NCBI RefSeq assembly: GCF_000013905.1
Contig: NC_007969.1
Coordinates: 1,410,001-1,442,000, forward strand
From: Psychrobacter cryohalolentis K5
GTDB taxonomy: Bacteria; Pseudomonadota; Gammaproteobacteria; Pseudomonadales; Moraxellaceae
Length of the DNA: 32,000 bases
Reading direction: 5' to 3'
In this document: positions 28,035 through 32,000 of the stretch, in pieces
How the letters are laid out: each line of letters starts with the position of its first letter
Numbering within the stretch: position 1 is the first letter of the stretch
Translations under genes and position numbers: made by a program
The notes under the pieces: model-generated
The model's database searches: none
Told to the model about the DNA's origin: nothing
What the model saw: only the letters and a program-made list of their open reading frames with translations

Positions 28035-28910
28035 ATGTCCATGCAAAATAAATTACTGAGCCTAGTGGCAAAAAAAGCCACCAAAAGTAAAAATCAATTA
28101 TTTGGCGCGGTTCAACCAGCACGTTATTTAAAAGGTTTAAATAAACAGCAGATTGGTCGTGGCAAAACGGTTTTAATCACGGGTGCCAGCTCAGGGTTGG
28201 GCGAGGGCATGGCGAGATTGTTTGCTAAGCTTGGATACAACCTTGCTATTTGTGCGCGTCGTACGGATCGTTTAGAGAGTCTACAAATAGAGCTGATGGC
28301 ACAATATCCTGATATTCGTATCGAGTATCGAGTGCTAGACGTTAGTGATTATGATGCGATTTTTGAAGTGTTTGATGCCTTCACGGCTGACTTTGGTCAT
28401 ATTGATCGTGTTGTGGTCAATGCAGGCATTGGCGAGAGCCGCCGTATTGGTAAAGGACGCTTTGATACCAACCGCCGTACGGTTGAAGTTAACTTTATCT
28501 CAGCGCTCGCGCAGTGTGAAGCAGCGATGAGTATCTTTCGCGCACAAAATAGCGGCCATTTGGTCGTGATATCTAGTATGTCAGCGATGCGTGGATTACC
28601 TAAGCACTTGACTGCCTATGGTGCGAGTAAAGCAGGTTTGGCACATTTGGCAGAGGGCATCCGTGCTGATATGCTATTGACCAAACTGCCGATCAAAGTC
28701 TCTACTATTTATCCAGGCTATATCCGTACTGAAATCAATGAAAATGCCAAGCCATTACCGTTTGAAGTAGATGCAGATACGGGCACCAAATCCATCGTTG
28801 CAGCGATTGAAGCTGAGGTTGATGAAGCTTGTGTACCCAGTCTACCATGGTCTATCGTCGGTCAAGCAATGAAGCACTTGCCATTGCAGGTGGTCAATAA
28901 AGTCAGTTAG
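28035..28910 (+). CDS. classical short-chain dehydrogenase/reductase with a basic N-terminal extension
   Basis: TGASSGLGEG (TGxxxGxG), VVVNAGIG, and a catalytic S...YGASKAG (YxxxK). About 40 Lys-rich residues precede the Rossmann fold. The start could be ATG 28035, ATG 28041 or TTG 28008. Confidence 0.87.
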   Translation: MSMQNKLLSLVAKKATKSKNQLFGAVQPARYLKGLNKQQIGRGKTVLITGASSGLGEGMARLFAKLGYNLAICARRTDRLESLQIELMAQYPDIRIEYRVLDVSDYDAIFEVFDAFTADFGHIDRVVVNAGIGESRRIGKGRFDTNRRTVEVNFISALAQCEAAMSIFRAQNSGHLVVISSMSAMRGLPKHLTAYGASKAGLAHLAEGIRADMLLTKLPIKVSTIYPGYIRTEINENAKPLPFEVDADTGTKSIVAAIEAEVDEACVPSLPWSIVGQAMKHLPLQVVNKVS

Positions 28911-28932
28911 TACAAGCGACATTAATAATATC

Positions 28933-28990
28933 AAGACCAATAAAAGAATCCCTCTATATCAGCATATAGAGGGATTCTTTTATTGGTCTT
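28933..28990. terminator. 27-bp perfect hairpin between the convergent SDR and fadD genes (bidirectional terminator candidate)
   Basis: aagaccaataaaagaatccctctatat (28933-28959), loop cagc, atatagagggattcttttattggtctt (28964-28990). All 27 positions are complementary. Confidence 0.7.
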
Positions 28991-29011
28991 AATGTGTACA
29001 GATTTTAGAAG

Positions 29012-30712
29012 TTATAACATATGAGGGTTATCTGCCATGTGTTTTTCACGCAGTTTTTGACGCAATATTTTACCCACATTACTCTTTGGCAACTCACTCA
29101 CAAATTCAATATGACGCGGGCATTTGTAGCCAGTCAAATTGTCCAAGGCAAATTCTTTAATATCACTCTTGGTAACATTGTTATCAGCAGGAACGATATA
29201 AATTTTGACCGCTTCGCCTTGATGCTCATCAGAAATGCCAATCACTGCGCAATCAATAATACCTTTGCAATCTAGCATAACTGACTCAATCTCATTCGGA
29301 AAGACGTTAAATCCTGATACCAAAATCATGTCTTTTTTGCGATCAAGTAAAGTGATATAGCCTTTTTCGTCCATACTAATGATATCACCAGTACGGAAGT
29401 AACCCTCTTTAGTAAAGTCGTTGGTGTTGTCTTTATTAAAATAGCCTGAGGTGATATTTGGTCCCTTAATGCACATTTCACCAGACTGATTAAAACCTAC
29501 GGTCTCGCCATTATCATCGACCACAATTACATCGACACTAGGTACAGGAATGCCAATAGTGCCATTGAACTTGCGATCAGTAATGACGTTAGCAGTACCT
29601 GCTGCAACCCCTTCAGTCATACCCCAACCCTCAACCATCGGGCAACCAGTGACTTCTAACCAGCGCGCTGCCGTCTGCTCAGTCGCTGCCATACCGCCTG
29701 CTTGTGAGATACGTAATGCGCTAAAATCTAAGTTTTTAAAGGTTGGTTGATCAAGTAGCCCTTTAAACAAGGTATTGACGGCAGGAAAAATATGGAAGGG
29801 CTGTTTTGATAAGGTTTTGACAAATCCAGGCATGTCTCGTGGATTAGGTATTAATATAAAAGTATAACCCGAACGCATACCTAGCAAGCTCAGCATAAAG
29901 GCAAATATATGATATAGCGGCAATGCCATCACCATATTAATGTACACCTCATTAATTTCAGAGGTAACAGGGCGATACCATGCTTCTGATTGCATGGCAG
30001 CAGCGACAACGTTACGCTGAGTTAAGATAGCGCCTTTAGATAGGCCTGTTGTACCACCGGTATATTGTAAAATAGCTTTTTGTTGCAGTGAGGTTTTTGG
30101 TGTTTGAAAAGGCAGATTTTTGCCTTTTTTAAGCACATCAGGGAATTTAGTAACATTATACTTAGGGTCATTCAGGTTGTACTTAGGCACTAAGCGTTTG
30201 ACCTGACGAATAACAGTGTTGACCAAAATACCCTTTAGTCCCATCATATCGCCCATTTTCGATAGGACAATACGTTTGATGTTCGTCTCTTCAATGACTT
30301 GCTCAAGTGCTTGAGCAAAGTTATCGACGACAAAAATAACCTGAGCGCCTGAATCATTGAGTTGATGACGTAGCTCACGACCAGTATATAGTGGGTTGAT
30401 AGGGGTGCAAACATAGCCGGCGCGCAATATACCGATCATCGTCGGTAAGTATTGCGGCACGTTTGGCATCATGACTGCCACTACGCTACCTTTGGGGATA
30501 TCTTGTGCTTGCAACCAAGCAGCGACAGCAAGAGACGCTTTGTCCACGTCTCCATAAGTATGAGAAACGCCCATACAGATGGTCATAGGATGCATACGGA
30601 AGCGGTCAAAACACTCTTCATACAACTCGATGAGACTTTCATACTGATCAGGATTAATAGTCTTGGGTACGTTTGCTGGATATTGAGCAAGCCAAGGTTT
30701 ATCTGTTGTCAT
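29012..30712 (-). CDS. fadD: long-chain fatty acid--CoA ligase
   Basis: 566 aa with the AMP-binding motif LQYTGGTTGLSKGA, GWGMTE, YFRTGD and the C-terminal LPKSNVGKILRQKL. AAGGA Shine-Dalgarno upstream. Confidence 0.93.
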   Translation of the reverse strand: MTTDKPWLAQYPANVPKTINPDQYESLIELYEECFDRFRMHPMTICMGVSHTYGDVDKASLAVAAWLQAQDIPKGSVVAVMMPNVPQYLPTMIGILRAGYVCTPINPLYTGRELRHQLNDSGAQVIFVVDNFAQALEQVIEETNIKRIVLSKMGDMMGLKGILVNTVIRQVKRLVPKYNLNDPKYNVTKFPDVLKKGKNLPFQTPKTSLQQKAILQYTGGTTGLSKGAILTQRNVVAAAMQSEAWYRPVTSEINEVYINMVMALPLYHIFAFMLSLLGMRSGYTFILIPNPRDMPGFVKTLSKQPFHIFPAVNTLFKGLLDQPTFKNLDFSALRISQAGGMAATEQTAARWLEVTGCPMVEGWGMTEGVAAGTANVITDRKFNGTIGIPVPSVDVIVVDDNGETVGFNQSGEMCIKGPNITSGYFNKDNTNDFTKEGYFRTGDIISMDEKGYITLLDRKKDMILVSGFNVFPNEIESVMLDCKGIIDCAVIGISDEHQGEAVKIYIVPADNNVTKSDIKEFALDNLTGYKCPRHIEFVSELPKSNVGKILRQKLREKHMADNPHML

Positions 30713-30964
30713 ACTAAGCGTCCTTAAATTTGCGATCAGTTAAGGCTCTATACAAAAGTAGTCACATCCATGTCAACAATACGAGTCATCGCCAGTTAAG
30801 CGGTGGATTGTCGAGTGCTATCCCATTTATTCACAAACTGCTAAAATACGGCGGCCTTTATACAAGGTGATTGAACTAAAAATTCATTTAACCATACAGA
30901 AAACTCATCTGAATAGATTAAATGGCTGGTTTGTAATTATTTTTGAAAAATGTACTGCTGTTTA

Positions 30965-30982
30965 AGGTCAATTAATTGACCT
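30965..30982. promoter_or_regulatory. perfect 18-bp palindrome (candidate operator) upstream of fadD
   Basis: aggtcaatt|aattgacct is a perfect dyad, 253 nt upstream of the fadD ATG, within a 563-nt AT-rich spacer. Confidence 0.35.
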
Positions 30983-31215
30983 CAGTTAAATATATTACTG
31001 ATTCAATATTATAAACAATAGCGTAACATATTTCGGCAATACATTAACATAAGTGTAATTGAGTAAGTTATTGCTATAAAAGAACTTGAGAGTTTGTCGT
31101 TATACTTGATATATTGAAAAATATATGTTGCAACTAAGAATAGTGAAGCGATTGCAGAGATAAGATAGCATATTAAAAATGCTAATAAATTTTAAAATTG
31201 ATCGATGGTATGGTT

Positions 31216-31250
31216 AATAAAAAAGCGCCTTGCATCTAATGCAAGGAGCT
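31216..31250 (-). terminator. rho-independent terminator of the upstream fadD paralog
   Basis: Read on the minus strand: stem gctccttgcat / atgcaaggcgc (one mismatch) followed by T6 (complement of A6 at 31216-31221). It lies 26 nt after the stop at 31276. Confidence 0.65.
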
Positions 31251-31275
31251 CTTGACAATTAAAAGACCGCTTTAA

Positions 31276-32000
31276 TTATAGTTGAGGATTGTCTATCATA
31301 TGCTTCTCGCGAAGTTTTTGACGTAATACTTTACCGACGTTACTTTTTGGTAGCTCAGTAACAAACTCGATATGTCGTGGACATTTATAACCAGTCATAT
31401 TGTCTAAAGCAAACTCTTTAATAGAGTTTTTGGTGACATTGTTGTCAGCAGGGACAACATAGATTTTAACCGCTTCACCTTGATTCTCATCAGGGATACC
31501 GATGACAGCACAATCGATAATGCCGTCACAATCAAGCATGACCGACTCGATCTCATTTGGAAATACATTAAATCCTGACACCAAAATCATGTCTTTTTTA
31601 CGGTCTAATAGTCTAAAGTAGCCTTTCTCGTCCATGCTGACGATATCGCCAGTGCGAAAGTAGCCATCTTTGGTAAAGTCATCACTACTGTCTCTATTTA
31701 GATAACCTGAGGTGACGTTAGGTCCTTTGACACACATCTCGCCTGCTTGATTGGCACCGACAGGGTTGCCCTCGTCATCGATAATAATGACATCAACACT
31801 AGGTACAGGGACGCCAATCGTACCATTAAACTTGCGATCAGTGATGACGTTGGCAGTACCAACAGCAACCCCTTCCGTCATTCCCCAACCTTCAATCATA
31901 GCGCAGCCTGTCGTCTCAAGCCAGCGTCTTGCTGTTTGCTCAGTCGCTGCCATGCCGCCTGCTTGTGAGATGCGTAATGAGCTAAAATCTAGGTTTTTAA
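31276..32000 (-). CDS. fadD: long-chain fatty acid--CoA ligase paralog, C-terminal part only (the 5' end lies beyond the window)
   Basis: The reading frame stays open to the window edge. The codons upstream of the track's Met read ...NLDFSSLRISQAGG, matching fadD 29012-30712 (...NLDFSALRISQAGG). About 85% of residues are identical to the downstream copy by eye. Confidence 0.9.
   Translation of the reverse strand, partial: KNLDFSSLRISQAGGMAATEQTARRWLETTGCAMIEGWGMTEGVAVGTANVITDRKFNGTIGVPVPSVDVIIIDDEGNPVGANQAGEMCVKGPNVTSGYLNRDSSDDFTKDGYFRTGDIVSMDEKGYFRLLDRKKDMILVSGFNVFPNEIESVMLDCDGIIDCAVIGIPDENQGEAVKIYVVPADNNVTKNSIKEFALDNMTGYKCPRHIEFVTELPKSNVGKVLRQKLREKHMIDNPQL

Noticed and set aside
31276-31953. 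The track ORF presented as a complete 225-aa protein
   Set aside because: It is the C-terminal part of a full-length fadD paralog. The frame stays open to position 32000 and keeps matching the downstream fadD.
1-32000. Search for CRISPR arrays, tRNA/rRNA genes, IS elements, integrases, prophage or defence genes, and interspersed repeat families
   Set aside because: I found none. The long hairpins have unrelated sequences. The only sizeable repeats are the internal GT2 duplication and the fadD paralogs.

Overview
This is a chromosomal, mostly housekeeping segment of a moderately AT-rich gammaproteobacterium. The gene order (accC/accB, tusD-C-B-E, glnE-ilvE-[glycosyltransferase island]-lipid A acyltransferase-aspS) looks Moraxellaceae-like, of the Psychrobacter/Acinetobacter type. 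That assignment is inference from protein sequences and synteny only. I support 28 CDS, one of which (a 46-aa entericidin-type lipoprotein) is absent from the ORF track, plus several intrinsic terminators and a few candidate regulatory palindromes or hairpins. I found no rRNA or tRNA genes, no CRISPR array, no transposase, integrase or phage genes, and no recognisable defence or toxin-antitoxin system. The only accessory-looking stretch is a lipooligosaccharide core glycosyltransferase island at about 14.1-20.0 kb. It sits between ilvE and aspS, which is the position of the Acinetobacter baumannii OC locus. It contains a GT2 protein made of two tandem GT2 modules and a protein with sialyl/Kdo-transferase-like motifs. 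The most interesting functional unit is at 24.4-28.9 kb. It is a split version of the ACAD10/11 (LvaA/LvaC) kinase plus acyl-CoA dehydrogenase pair, co-directional with a histidine-phosphatase-fold protein that seems to lack the second catalytic His and with an N-terminally extended SDR. Two tandem fadD paralogs lie convergent to it. I read this as a candidate 4-hydroxy/4-oxo-acyl-CoA catabolic module. I did not find convincing evidence for a wholly new system. All function calls are by-eye motif or homology recognition and need database confirmation.
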